Positions 8,202 through 16,657 of a DNA stretch of 61,946 nucleotides are shown here, one piece after another. Position 1 is the first letter of the stretch; each line of letters starts with the position of its first letter. The DNA comes from Propionibacteriales bacterium (GTDB lineage: Bacteria > Actinomycetota > Actinomycetes > Propionibacteriales > Nocardioidaceae). The DNA lies in contig JBBSGC010000001.1 of NCBI GenBank assembly GCA_038254525.1, forward strand, positions 1 through 61,946, given 5' to 3'. The position numbers were made by a program, and so were the translations under genes. The notes beneath the pieces were generated by a model, which was not told the DNA's origin, made no database searches, and was given only the letters and a program-made list of their open reading frames with translations.

Positions 8202-8406
8202 AGAACGCCATGCAGAGAACGGGTCTCAGCTCTGCCAACAGGCAGCTGACGGGGCTGGTGACGGGCTCGCAACTTGGCCACGACCGGCCCGCTTGCAAGG
8301 ACTGTTGACGCGACGCGCCGTTGGGTCATTGTCCTATCGGTCGTCAGTCCCTACCGTTCCAACGAGTCGAGCGCGGGCTCGGCATCGTTCACGGAAAGGT
8401 CAGACA

Positions 8407-9162
8407 GTGAACAAGAGTCAACTGATCGAAGCGCTCGCCGCTCACTACGACGGCAACAAAAAGGCCGCCGCTCAGGCGCTCGACTCCGTGGTGCAGACCA
8501 TCACCCGGGAGGTGGCGAAGGGCGAGAAGGTCGCTATCACAGGGTTTGGCGCCTTCGAGAAGATCGTGCGGCCCGCGCGGATGGTCCGCAATCCGGCAAC
8601 TGGTGAGCGCATCCGGGCGAAAAAGACCGCGGTGCCGAAGTTCCGGGCCGGGGCGGACCTGAAGGCCGTGGTGTCGGGCGCGAAGAAGCCTCCGAAGCTC
8701 ACCGTCAGCAAGTCGACGAGCGTGTCGGCCGCTGGGGCGAAGAAGACGTCCAGCGCCAACAAGTCCGCCACCAAGAAGAGCACCGCGAACACCACCAAGA
8801 ACAACACCGCCACCAAGAAGAGCACCACCAAGGGCACCGCCGCCGCGAAGAGCACCACTGCAAGGAAGACCGCCGCCAAGGACAGCACCGGTGGTACGCG
8901 GGACTCGACTTCGGCGAAGCGCAGCACGTCAAGCGCAGCAAAGAAGACCGCAGCAAAGAAGACCACGGCCAAGACGACTCCTGCAAAGCGGAGCTCGTCG
9001 ACCACGCGCCGAAACTCACCCGCCAAGCAGGCCACAACCGGCAGGACGACTACCGGCAGGGCGACTACCGGCAGGACGACTACCGGGAGGGCGACCACAA
9101 GCAGGGCGACCACCGGCAGGGCAGCCACCGGCAGGAGCGCCGCCAAGAAGTCCACGCGCTGA
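8407..9162 (+). CDS. hupB: Nucleoid-associated protein HU with a long basic low-complexity C-terminal tail, 251 aa
   Basis: HU core (VNKSQLIEALA...GFGAFEKIVRPARMVRNPATGE...KFRAG) plus about 160 aa of K/T/A/S/R-rich tail. GTG start at 8407, preceded by GGAAAGG. Confidence 0.9.
   Translation: MNKSQLIEALAAHYDGNKKAAAQALDSVVQTITREVAKGEKVAITGFGAFEKIVRPARMVRNPATGERIRAKKTAVPKFRAGADLKAVVSGAKKPPKLTVSKSTSVSAAGAKKTSSANKSATKKSTANTTKNNTATKKSTTKGTAAAKSTTARKTAAKDSTGGTRDSTSAKRSTSSAAKKTAAKKTTAKTTPAKRSSSTTRRNSPAKQATTGRTTTGRATTGRTTTGRATTSRATTGRAATGRSAAKKSTR
9031..9135. repeat. 15-bp tandem repeat x7 inside the hupB tail (encodes xTTGR pentapeptides)
   Basis: Seven consecutive 15-nt units, each ending in ...GGCAGG, ...GGGAGG or ...AGCAGG, from 9031 to 9135. 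Confidence 0.9.
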
Positions 9163-9183
9163 CCCCGGAGGGGCTACGTGGCG

Positions 9184-9387
9184 TCAGGTGGCGGGCAGCA
9201 GTGACAGCTGGGTCACTGCCGGTGCCTCGGCGCCACTCACGACCACGAACACCCGCTGGCCGGGTCGGAGCAGCCGGAGGGATGCCGCCGCGAAGACCGA
9301 CCCGGGGAAGGCAAGCAGCACCCCGTTGTCCAGCAGCACGGTGCCGGTGCCGTCGGCCGGTTCAAAGCTCGCGACGGTCGCCTGCAT
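9184..9387 (-). CDS. Small hypothetical protein, 67 aa (possible OB/cold-shock-like fold)
   Basis: ATG-initiated ORF 10 nt downstream of cofC on the same strand, with high GC3. The pattern ATVASFEPADGTGTVLLDNGVLLAFP...LRLLRPGQRVFVVV loosely resembles small beta-barrel domains. No strong RBS. Confidence 0.5.
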   Translation of the reverse strand: MQATVASFEPADGTGTVLLDNGVLLAFPGSVFAAASLRLLRPGQRVFVVVSGAEAPAVTQLSLLPAT

Positions 9388-9397
9388 GCGCGGCAAC

Positions 9398-10063
9398 CTA
9401 GCGCAGCCGTACCTCGTTGCTGACTTGACGATCCATCGCTGCCAGCACAGCTGCGGTGTGTTCTCCGACCCCGAAGCGTCGAGCTTGTTGCAGGTGTTCG
9501 ACGGTGTCCACGTCGCGACGCAGCGGAGCAAATTCGCGACGCGTGATTGCAACGGCGCCGTCGGCCCGGTGGGCAGCCAGCGACCCGGTGCCGAAACGCG
9601 GACGAACGACCACACCAGCCGGGATGAGCAGCGCCACTGTGCCGGAGCCTTCGCTGTCAGCCAGCACGGCCACCCGGTCGCTCGGTGCCTCCGCGAGCAG
9701 GGCGTCGACCAACGACGCAGTGGCCGACGGCAGGTCGCAGGTGAGCACCAGGACCGGTCGTTCGGGGCGCGTGGCGGCGACCCACCGCAGGCCTGCGCTC
9801 ACCGCCGCGTTGAGCTCCGGGACGTCGGGGAGTCGGTGCAGGTGCAGGTGCAGGTCGACAACGGCACCGGCCGGCAGCAGGTCGCCGCCCACTAGGACGA
9901 GATCTCGGACCGAGGTGCTGCGTCGCAGCGCGTCCACCGTGTCCTGGGCGAAGGCCGACGCCAACCGTTGCCGCCAGGGTCCTGCGTCGGCAGCAAGTCG
10001 CATCTTGGCTCGAGCGAGCTCCTTCATCGGCAGCACCGCCACCCATTCCGAGCTGCCGTCCAC
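9398..10063 (-). CDS. cofC: 2-phospho-L-lactate / phosphoenolpyruvate guanylyltransferase (F420 biosynthesis), 221 aa
   Basis: AVLPMKELARAKMRLA N-terminal motif and the CofC/FbiD-like length. It occupies the conserved position next to gpsA, as Rv2983 does. GTG start at 10063 (alternative 10081). Confidence 0.8.
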   Translation of the reverse strand: MDGSSEWVAVLPMKELARAKMRLAADAGPWRQRLASAFAQDTVDALRRSTSVRDLVLVGGDLLPAGAVVDLHLHLHRLPDVPELNAAVSAGLRWVAATRPERPVLVLTCDLPSATASLVDALLAEAPSDRVAVLADSEGSGTVALLIPAGVVVRPRFGTGSLAAHRADGAVAITRREFAPLRRDVDTVEHLQQARRFGVGEHTAAVLAAMDRQVSNEVRLR

Positions 10064-10130
10064 CGGTCCACGGTAGGTCACCCTGCGGCGTAGGCTCGTT
10101 CCCCTTCGACCCGGCGGCGGAAGGAAAGGT

Positions 10131-10892
10131 GTGGCCCAGCGGAGCTGCGGACGGGCGCTGCGAACCGTCATCTCCGTGGTTCGTCCGCTGCTCAAGCTCC
10201 TCACCCGGCACGACTGGCAGGGCGGTGACTCCTTCCCCGACGGTGGCTTCGTCATCGTCGCCAACCACATATCGCATGTCGATCCGCTGACTCTCGGCCA
10301 CTTCCTCGTCGAATCCGGGACGCCACCGCGGTTCCTCGCCAAGGCGAGCGTCCTGGACGTCCCTCTCGTCGGCCGGATCCTCGCCGCCAGCGGGCAGATC
10401 CCGGTGTACCGCGGGACGGCTACCGCCTCGCACGCTTTCGACGCAGCGGTTGAAGCCGTCGAGGCCGGGAAGGCGGTGATCATCTATCCCGAGGGAACAA
10501 TCACCCGAGAACCACGACAGTGGCCGATGGTCGGCAAGACCGGTGCGGCCCGCGTGGCGCTCGCGACATCGTGCCCGGTAATCCCGGTCGCTCAGTGGGG
10601 TCCGGAACGCATCCTGCCGCCGTACTCCAAGCGGCTGCGCCTGTGGCCGCCCACGACTGTCACCGTGCGCGTCGGATCTTGCGTCCCGCTCGACGACCTG
10701 CGCGGGGCGGAGCTGACCACCGAGATACTTCGCGAGGCGACTGACCGCATCATGACCGCGATCACGGCGCTGCTCGAGGAGATCCGGGGCGAGCGGGCCC
10801 CGGCCGTCCGCTACGACCCCCAGCTGCACGCGCTGCCTTGTATTGGCAACCCCCACCGGCCCGAGGGCCCCGACGAGGCACGAGGTGCCTGA
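10131..10892 (+). CDS. plsC: 1-acyl-sn-glycerol-3-phosphate acyltransferase family protein
   Basis: NHISHVD (HX4D) and YPEGT motifs. GTG start preceded by GGAAGGAAAGG. Confidence 0.85.
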   Translation: MAQRSCGRALRTVISVVRPLLKLLTRHDWQGGDSFPDGGFVIVANHISHVDPLTLGHFLVESGTPPRFLAKASVLDVPLVGRILAASGQIPVYRGTATASHAFDAAVEAVEAGKAVIIYPEGTITREPRQWPMVGKTGAARVALATSCPVIPVAQWGPERILPPYSKRLRLWPPTTVTVRVGSCVPLDDLRGAELTTEILREATDRIMTAITALLEEIRGERAPAVRYDPQLHALPCIGNPHRPEGPDEARGA

Positions 10893-11893
10893 TGGCCACG
10901 GTTGCGGTGATGGGCGCCGGATCCTGGGGGACCGCGTTCTCGCTGGTCCTGGCCGACGCCGGCAACGTGGTGCGACTGTGGGCTCGCCGCCCCGAGGTCT
11001 GCACGACGATAACGACGAACCGGTCGAACCCCGAGTACCTGCCCGGCGTCGAGCTGCCGGTCACCATCCGGGCCAGCTCCGATGCCGCGGAGGTCCTCGC
11101 GGGCGCGGACGTCGTCGTCCTGGCTGTCCCGTCGCAGACCCTGCGGGAGAACCTGCTGACCTGGGCGCCGCTGATCCCGCACGACGCGGTCCGCGTCAGC
11201 CTGATGAAAGGCGTCGAGCTCGGCACGCACCTGCGGATGAGCGAGGTCGTGACAGAGGTCACCAAGGCACCGCCACAGCTTGTAGCGGTGGTCAGCGGCC
11301 CGAACCTGGCCAGGGAGATCGCCGCGAGGCAGCCGGCGGCGAGTGTGATCGCGTGCGTCGACGAAGATGTCGCGGCCCGGCTGCAAGGGCTGTGCCACAC
11401 GCCTGTGTTCCGGCCGTATACCAACACCGACGTCGTCGGTTGCGAGCTCGGCGGGACCACCAAGAACGTCATAGCCCTCGCGGTGGGTATCGGCGTGGGC
11501 CTGGGATTCGGTGACAACGCCCGGGCGTCGGTGATCACGCGCGGCCTAGCTGAGACAAGTCGACTGGCTCACGCGATGGGCGCGGACCCGGTGACGCTCG
11601 CCGGGCTGGCGGGGCTGGGCGACCTGGTGGCGACGTGCTCGTCGCCGCTGTCGCGCAACCGGACGTTCGGCCAGAACCTGGGCAAGGGGATGAGCGTGGC
11701 CGACATCGCCGGCTCGACGCGCCAGGTCGCAGAGGGCGTCAAGTCCTGCCAGTCGATATCCGAGCTGGCTCGCGCGCACGGCGTGGACATGCCCATCGTC
11801 GACCACGTGGCGGCCGTGGTTCGGGGCGAGCTGGAGCCGCGGGAGATGCTCGTTTCGCTGCTCGCCCGCTCCACCAAGGCAGAGCGTCGCTGA
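10892..11893 (+). CDS. gpsA: NAD(P)H-dependent glycerol-3-phosphate dehydrogenase, 333 aa
   Basis: [15 protein letters not shown] dinucleotide fold and NPEYLPG motif. The ATG shares 1 nt with the plsC stop. Confidence 0.95.
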   Translation: MATVAVMGAGSWGTAFSLVLADAGNVVRLWARRPEVCTTITTNRSNPEYLPGVELPVTIRASSDAAEVLAGADVVVLAVPSQTLRENLLTWAPLIPHDAVRVSLMKGVELGTHLRMSEVVTEVTKAPPQLVAVVSGPNLAREIAARQPAASVIACVDEDVAARLQGLCHTPVFRPYTNTDVVGCELGGTTKNVIALAVGIGVGLGFGDNARASVITRGLAETSRLAHAMGADPVTLAGLAGLGDLVATCSSPLSRNRTFGQNLGKGMSVADIAGSTRQVAEGVKSCQSISELARAHGVDMPIVDHVAAVVRGELEPREMLVSLLARSTKAERR

Positions 11894-11913
11894 AGCCCGT
11901 CGTTGAGAACCGT

Positions 11914-13116
11914 CTACACCTGCGGAGCGGCCAAGCCGTCCAACACTTCCAACAGGTCAGCCCAGAGATCATCGACGTCCTCGATGCCCACCGACATGCG
12001 GACCAGCGCTTCCGGCACGGTGTGCGGCTCGCCGCTCCAGCGTCGTCGTCGCTCGAAGCTCGACTGGACGCCACCGAGGCTGGTCGCGTGCACCCACAGC
12101 CGCGTCGAGCGCGTCAACCGGTCGGCGGCCGCGGGGCCCGCGACCAGCTCGATCGAGATCATGCCGCCTCGCCCCGGGTAGTGGACGCGCGCGACCGCCT
12201 CGTGACCGGCCAGCCGCTCGGCGAGGGTGGCGGCGTTGGTCTGCGCTCGTTCCAGGCGCAGGTGCAGGGTGCGTACCCCCCGGGCGGCGAGCCACGACTC
12301 CAGCACGCCGGGCAGGGCCCCTCGGGAGCGGCGTTGCTCGTCCAGCGCGGTGAAGGTGGCGTCGTCGCGGGTCACCACGGCGCCGAGCATCAGGTCGCTG
12401 TGGCCGGACAGGAACTTGGTCGCCGAGTGAACGACCAGGTCGGCGCCGAGGTCCAGCGGACGCTGACCCAGCGGAGTGGCGAACGTGTTGTCCACGGCGA
12501 CCTGGGCACCTGCCTCGTGCGCTCCGGCGCAGATGGCCGCGATGTCGGCGATCTCCAGCATCGGGTTGGTCGGCGACTCCAGCCACACCAGCGCGGCGCC
12601 GTCACCTGCCTTGGCCGCCTTCAGTACGGCCTCGGTGTCGGTGATGTCGACCGTCCGGACCTCGACCTGGCCGCGCTGCTCCTTGGTCGCGAGCAGGTGC
12701 AGCGTCCCGAGATAGGCGTGCGCCGGCGCGACCACGGCCTCGCCGGGCGCCACCAGGTCGAGCACAGTCGCCACGGCGGCCATGCCGGAGGAGAAGGTCA
12801 GTGCTCGGCCGTCCTCCAGAGCGCCCAGCACCTCCTCGAAGGCGGTCCACGTCGGGTTGGCGTAGCGGCCGTACTCCAGTTCGCCGCCACCCACGTAGGT
12901 GCTGGCCATCGTGAGCGGCGCGTTGAGCGGGGCGTCAGGCTCGTGCGCCGGCCGCCCGGCCGTCACGGCCACCGTCGCCGGCGCCAACGTCGCGCCCGGG
13001 TCAGGCGCCTCCGAAGCGGGTGAGCCAAAAGCGGGTGAGCCGGAAGCAGATGAGCCGGAAGCAGATGAGCCGGAAGCAGATGAGTCCGAAGTGGTGAAGT
13101 CCACAGAGTGCGTCAT
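11914..13116 (-). CDS. Cys/Met-metabolism PLP enzyme (cystathionine gamma-synthase/lyase family) with a repeat-bearing N-terminal extension
   Basis: PLP-lysine motif HSATKFLSGHSD. The family-typical core starts near PLTMASTY. The first 40 aa or so are S/A/G-rich repeats. Confidence 0.85.
   Translation of the reverse strand: MTHSVDFTTSDSSASGSSASGSSASGSPAFGSPASEAPDPGATLAPATVAVTAGRPAHEPDAPLNAPLTMASTYVGGGELEYGRYANPTWTAFEEVLGALEDGRALTFSSGMAAVATVLDLVAPGEAVVAPAHAYLGTLHLLATKEQRGQVEVRTVDITDTEAVLKAAKAGDGAALVWLESPTNPMLEIADIAAICAGAHEAGAQVAVDNTFATPLGQRPLDLGADLVVHSATKFLSGHSDLMLGAVVTRDDATFTALDEQRRSRGALPGVLESWLAARGVRTLHLRLERAQTNAATLAERLAGHEAVARVHYPGRGGMISIELVAGPAAADRLTRSTRLWVHATSLGGVQSSFERRRRWSGEPHTVPEALVRMSVGIEDVDDLWADLLEVLDGLAAPQV
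13021..13095. repeat. 15-bp tandem repeat x5 (3 perfect: TGAGCCGGAAGCAGA), encodes SSASG repeats on the minus strand
   Basis: Units at 13021, 13036, 13051, 13066 and 13081. Confidence 0.9.
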
Positions 13117-13184
13117 GGCCCCATCTTCGCCGACACTATTCGACAGCGTGTCAGGCCAGGGCGTGACCGGTAGGGTCGCAGCCG

Positions 13185-14390
13185 ATGACGCACCCGCAGA
13201 GCAGCGCCGATGCCAGCGTGGAGTCGGGGAGCCACACCGACTCCAAGACCCTCGCGGGCGGCTCGACGGCCCGCGCCGAGCGCCGGATCCGGGTGGGCGT
13301 GGTCTTCGGCGGTCGCTCGAGCGAGCACGGGGTCTCCTGCTTGACGGCCGGGGAGGTGATCCGCGCCATCGACTTGGATCGCTATGAAGTGCTGCCGATC
13401 GGGATCACCCGCGACGGCGGCTGGGTGCTCGAGTCCGACGAACCACAGCGGTTCACGATCACCGAGCGACGACTGCCACAGGTCGACCCGCAGCGGGCCG
13501 CCGTGGCACTGACCCACGAGGTCGGTCGGCGCGAGCTCGTCGTGCACGAGCCCGGCGCGGTGCCCCGCACCCTGGGACAGGTCGACGTGGTGCTGCCCTT
13601 GCTGCACGGTCCTTGGGGCGAGGACGGAACTCTCCAGGGCCTCCTGGAGATGGCCGGCGTGCGTTACGTCGGCGCCGGCGTGCTGGCCAGCGCCGTGAGC
13701 ATGGACAAGCAGATGATGAAGCGGGCGTTCGCCGCCGCCGGACTGCCGGTCCTGCCGTACGTGGTGGTCCTACCCCGGGAGTGGGACCGAGACCGTGCAG
13801 CAGTTCGGGAGTCCGTTGCCTCCCTCGGCCGACCGGTGTTCGTGAAGCCGGCCCGCGCGGGTTCCAGCGTCGGCATTACCCGGGTCGAGGACCTCGGCGA
13901 CCTCGACGACGCGATTGAGCGGGCCCGAGAGTTCGACCCGAAGGTGCTCGTCGAAGCCGCCGCCGTCGGCGCTCGTGAGATCGAGTGCGGCGTCCTGGAA
14001 GCCCTCGACGGCTCGGGGCCGGAGGCCAGCGTGCCGGGCGAGATCATCATCGACGCGGACTCCGGTCACACCTGGTACGACTTCGAGGCGAAGTACGTCG
14101 ACGGTGGCGGAACCGCCCAGGTCCCGGCAGACCTGCCCTCCAGCGTTGAGGAGCTGGTGCGCTCGCAGGCCGTGGTGGCGTTCGAGGCGGTCTGCGGGGA
14201 GGGGCTGGCCCGGGTCGACTTCTTCTATCTACCCAACGGCTCGGTCGTGGCCAACGAGATCAACACGATGCCCGGCTTCACGCCCACCTCGATGTTCCCC
14301 GCGATGTGGGCCGCCAGCGGAGTGGACTATCCGGCGCTGGTCGACCGGCTGCTCCGGCTGGCGCTGCAGCGGGGTACGGGCCTGCGCTGA
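13185..14390 (+). CDS. ddl: D-alanine--D-alanine ligase
   Basis: RIRVGVVFGGRSSEHGVS N-terminus, ATP-grasp core and C-terminal EINTMPGFT motif. Confidence 0.95.
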   Translation: MTHPQSSADASVESGSHTDSKTLAGGSTARAERRIRVGVVFGGRSSEHGVSCLTAGEVIRAIDLDRYEVLPIGITRDGGWVLESDEPQRFTITERRLPQVDPQRAAVALTHEVGRRELVVHEPGAVPRTLGQVDVVLPLLHGPWGEDGTLQGLLEMAGVRYVGAGVLASAVSMDKQMMKRAFAAAGLPVLPYVVVLPREWDRDRAAVRESVASLGRPVFVKPARAGSSVGITRVEDLGDLDDAIERAREFDPKVLVEAAAVGAREIECGVLEALDGSGPEASVPGEIIIDADSGHTWYDFEAKYVDGGGTAQVPADLPSSVEELVRSQAVVAFEAVCGEGLARVDFFYLPNGSVVANEINTMPGFTPTSMFPAMWAASGVDYPALVDRLLRLALQRGTGLR

Positions 14391-14446
14391 GCCGCAAGCC
14401 GCAAGCCGCAAGCCGCAAGCCGGCAGTCGGTAACCGGCAACCGGTT
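14391..14446. repeat. Heptanucleotide tandem array (GCCGCAA x4, then 4 degenerate units) filling the whole ddl/DUF3515 convergent spacer
   Basis: Read directly from the sequence. It begins at the nucleotide after the ddl stop and ends at the DUF3515 stop. Confidence 0.9.
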
Positions 14447-14973
14447 CAGACGCAGCGGTGCACTACCGGGTCGGTCCGCTTCACCGCGGTCGCCAACCCG
14501 AGCAGGGGACCGGACTCCGGCGCGTAGGTGTGCGGCACCGTGACCTCGACGACACTCGCCCGCCCGATCGTGGTGAACCGGTAGTCCTCGCCAAGGTTCT
14601 CGGCATACCACGCGACTCCGTCGAGCACGGCGCACCGAGAAGCCGGGCCCAGGCCGCTGGCGGCGCTGGTGCCGCACCGCAGCACGATCGCGGGATCGCC
14701 CCACGCGGCCACCGCACCGGTGGACTGCACGGTGCGGATGGACTGTCCGGCCAACGACCGGGGCAGCGCATCGACCAGCTGGCGGCACCTGGCTGCATCG
14801 TCACCGCGAGGCGCTGGCGCGTCGATCTGCATCGGTCCGGCGCAGGCACCGAGCGCCATGACGGCACCAACCACCGTCCCCACGACAGCACGACCGGTCA
14901 CCGTTCGGCCGTGTGACGTCGGCCGGTGTGGCGTCCGCCAGTGTGGCGTCGGCCGGTGTGGCGGCGGTGGCAT
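14446..14973 (-). CDS. DUF3515 domain protein (secreted or lipoprotein-like), 175 aa
   Basis: Pattern C..LVDALP..L...R.....AAWGDPAIVLRCG, characteristic of DUF3515 (Rv2980-like position next to ddl). Hydrophobic segment ending in LGAC. Confidence 0.7.
   Translation of the reverse strand: MPPPPHRPTPHWRTPHRPTSHGRTVTGRAVVGTVVGAVMALGACAGPMQIDAPAPRGDDAARCRQLVDALPRSLAGQSIRTVQSTGAVAAWGDPAIVLRCGTSAASGLGPASRCAVLDGVAWYAENLGEDYRFTTIGRASVVEVTVPHTYAPESGPLLGLATAVKRTDPVVHRCV
14911..14970. repeat. 15-bp tandem repeat x4 at the 5' end of the DUF3515 gene
   Basis: Units at 14911, 14926, 14941 and 14956 (GTGTGGCGTCGGCCG-like). On the minus strand they encode PHRPT/PHWRT repeats. Confidence 0.85.
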
Positions 14974-14998
14974 CCTGCCGGCGGCGGGGCAGGAGCGC

Positions 14999-15235
14999 TC
15001 AGATGTGGACCACCGGGCAGGTCAGTGTGCGGGTGATCCCCGCGATGTTCTGCACCCGGGCGACGACAAGCTGACCGAGCTCGTCGACGTTCTTCGCCTC
15101 TGCCCGCACTATCACGTCGTAGGGGCCGGTGACATCCTCGGCGAGGGTGACGCCGTCGACGTCCGCGATCTCGCGGGCGACGTCGGCTGCCTTGCCGACC
15201 TCGGTCTGGATCAGGATGTACGCCTGCACCGCCAT
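14999..15235 (-). CDS. Lrp/AsnC ligand-binding-domain-only protein, 78 aa
   Basis: MAVQAYILIQTEVGKAADVAREIADVDGV...YDVIVRAEAKNVDELGQLV is typical of stand-alone AsnC-type ligand domains. Confidence 0.7.
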   Translation of the reverse strand: MAVQAYILIQTEVGKAADVAREIADVDGVTLAEDVTGPYDVIVRAEAKNVDELGQLVVARVQNIAGITRTLTCPVVHI

Positions 15236-15391
15236 GGTCGCTCTCCGCTCACTCGACATGTCGGGGAATCGGTCGCGGCTCACGCTACAGGGTGGGCAAG
15301 CACCCGAATGCCACGCGCAGCCGGAGCCACCGGGTGCGGCTGCGACCACACCTGCAACCAGGGCCACCGCACTGTCGGACAGGATGGTGGC

Positions 15392-16354
15392 ATGGCGACC
15401 TCACCTGCTGACCCGGTTCGCTGCGTGGCCGACATCGGCGAGTTCGGGCTCATCGACGAGGTCGTCGCCTTGTTCCCGGTCACGCCGCAGGTCCTGATCG
15501 GATCCGGTGACGACGCCGCCCTGCTGGCCACCCAGGGGCCGGTGCTGGTGACGACGGACTTGATGGTCGAGGGGCGGCATTTTCGGCGCGACTGGTCTGC
15601 AGCCCTTGACGTGGGCCACAAGGTGGCCGCGGCCAACCTGGCCGACATCGCGGCGATGGGCGGAACGCCGAGTGGGCTGGTGGTCGGCCTGGCCCTGCCG
15701 GCGGACCTGCCCGTGCAGTGGGTGCGAGACATGGCCGCAGGCGTTGCCGAGGAGCTCCAGCCGGTCGGCGCGACGGTCGTCGGTGGCGACGTCACCGAGT
15801 CGGATCAGATCGTGGTCGCGGTGACCGCACTGGGCCACGCCGCCGGCGACCCGGTGACCCGTCACGGAGCCCGACCGGGCGACGTGCTGGCTGTGGCCGG
15901 CCGGCTCGGCTGGGCAGCTGCCGGCCTGGCGGTGCTTGGCCGCGGCTTCCGCTCGCCTCGCGTCGTCGTCGAAGCCCACCGCCGTCCGCAGCCGCCGTAC
16001 GCCGCCGGCCCACAGGCGCTGGCCGCCGGTGCGACCGCGATGATCGACGTGAGCGACGGGCTGCTGGGTGATCTCGCTCACGTCGCCGAGCGGAGCGGGG
16101 TGCAGGTCAACGTGGAGACCGCCCTGGTCGACGTACCCGAGCCGCTACGAGCGGTGGGTGCCGCGCTCGGCATCGACCCACTGTCCTTCTGCCTGACCGG
16201 TGGTGACGACCACGCGCTGGCCGCGACCTTCCCGCCGGGGCTGCCGCTGCCCCAGGGGTGGCGACGAATCGGGTCGGTCCGCGCCGGCGAGGGTGTCACG
16301 GTCGACGGGACTGCGCATGCGGGCAGCCCAGGACATCGACACTTCGCGCGCTGA
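15392..16354 (+). CDS. thiL: Thiamine-monophosphate kinase, 320 aa
   Basis: GEFGLID...GSGDDAAL...TDLMVEGRHF AIR-synthase-like motifs. The ORF upstream of 15392 is antisense to two other genes. Confidence 0.9.
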   Translation: MATSPADPVRCVADIGEFGLIDEVVALFPVTPQVLIGSGDDAALLATQGPVLVTTDLMVEGRHFRRDWSAALDVGHKVAAANLADIAAMGGTPSGLVVGLALPADLPVQWVRDMAAGVAEELQPVGATVVGGDVTESDQIVVAVTALGHAAGDPVTRHGARPGDVLAVAGRLGWAAAGLAVLGRGFRSPRVVVEAHRRPQPPYAAGPQALAAGATAMIDVSDGLLGDLAHVAERSGVQVNVETALVDVPEPLRAVGAALGIDPLSFCLTGGDDHALAATFPPGLPLPQGWRRIGSVRAGEGVTVDGTAHAGSPGHRHFAR

Positions 16355-16362
16355 ACGGCTCG

Positions 16363-16548
16363 TCAGCGGGTGACTTTGCCCGCCTTGATGCACGAGGTGC
16401 AGACGTTCATCCGCTTCGGGGTCGACCCGACGACCGCCCGCACCCGCTGGATGTTCGGGTCGAACCGGCGTCGGGTGCGCTTGCGCGACCACGGCACGTT
16501 GTTGCCGAAGCCGGGTCCCTTGCCACAGATGTCGCAGACCGCAGCCAC
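16363..16548 (-). CDS. rpmB: 50S ribosomal protein L28, 61 aa
   Basis: (V)AAVCDICGKGPGFGNNVPWSRKRTRRRFDPNIQ. GTG start preceded by GGGAG. It has two CxxC pairs, i.e. the zinc-ribbon form. Confidence 0.9.
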   Translation of the reverse strand: MAAVCDICGKGPGFGNNVPWSRKRTRRRFDPNIQRVRAVVGSTPKRMNVCTSCIKAGKVTR

Positions 16549-16657
16549 TGCAGGACTCCCTGAGCTCGAAAGATGCGCCGACCAGATGGGCCTGGCTCGA
16601 CACGGGGCGCGACAGCCGTCCGCGCAACCCCGCGACAATATCCGACCCGCGGTCCCC

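Noticed and set aside
8170-8406. N-terminal extension of the hupB ORF (330 aa version)
   Set aside because: The HU core begins at VNKSQLIEAL, with a GGAAAGG RBS before GTG 8407. The upstream 79 codons are Arg/Ala-rich, unlike any HU, and include the 11-bp repeat array.
13117-13184. RecA-NDp-like TGTCAGG in the PLP-enzyme / ddl divergent spacer
   Set aside because: The sequence at the required distance (GACCGG) is not a TAnnnT -10 element.
14669-15391. Extension of the thiL ORF (561 aa), and likewise of the DAK2 ORF from 16370
   Set aside because: The extensions are antisense to DUF3515 and the Lrp-like gene (and to rpmB for DAK2). The family-conserved N-termini start at 15392 and 16826, with an AGGGAGGGG RBS preceding the DAK2 start.
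15236-15391. Possible TPP riboswitch upstream of thiL
   Set aside because: I found no CUGAGA or ACCUGAUCUGGAUAAUGCCAGCG-like thi-box elements on either strand.
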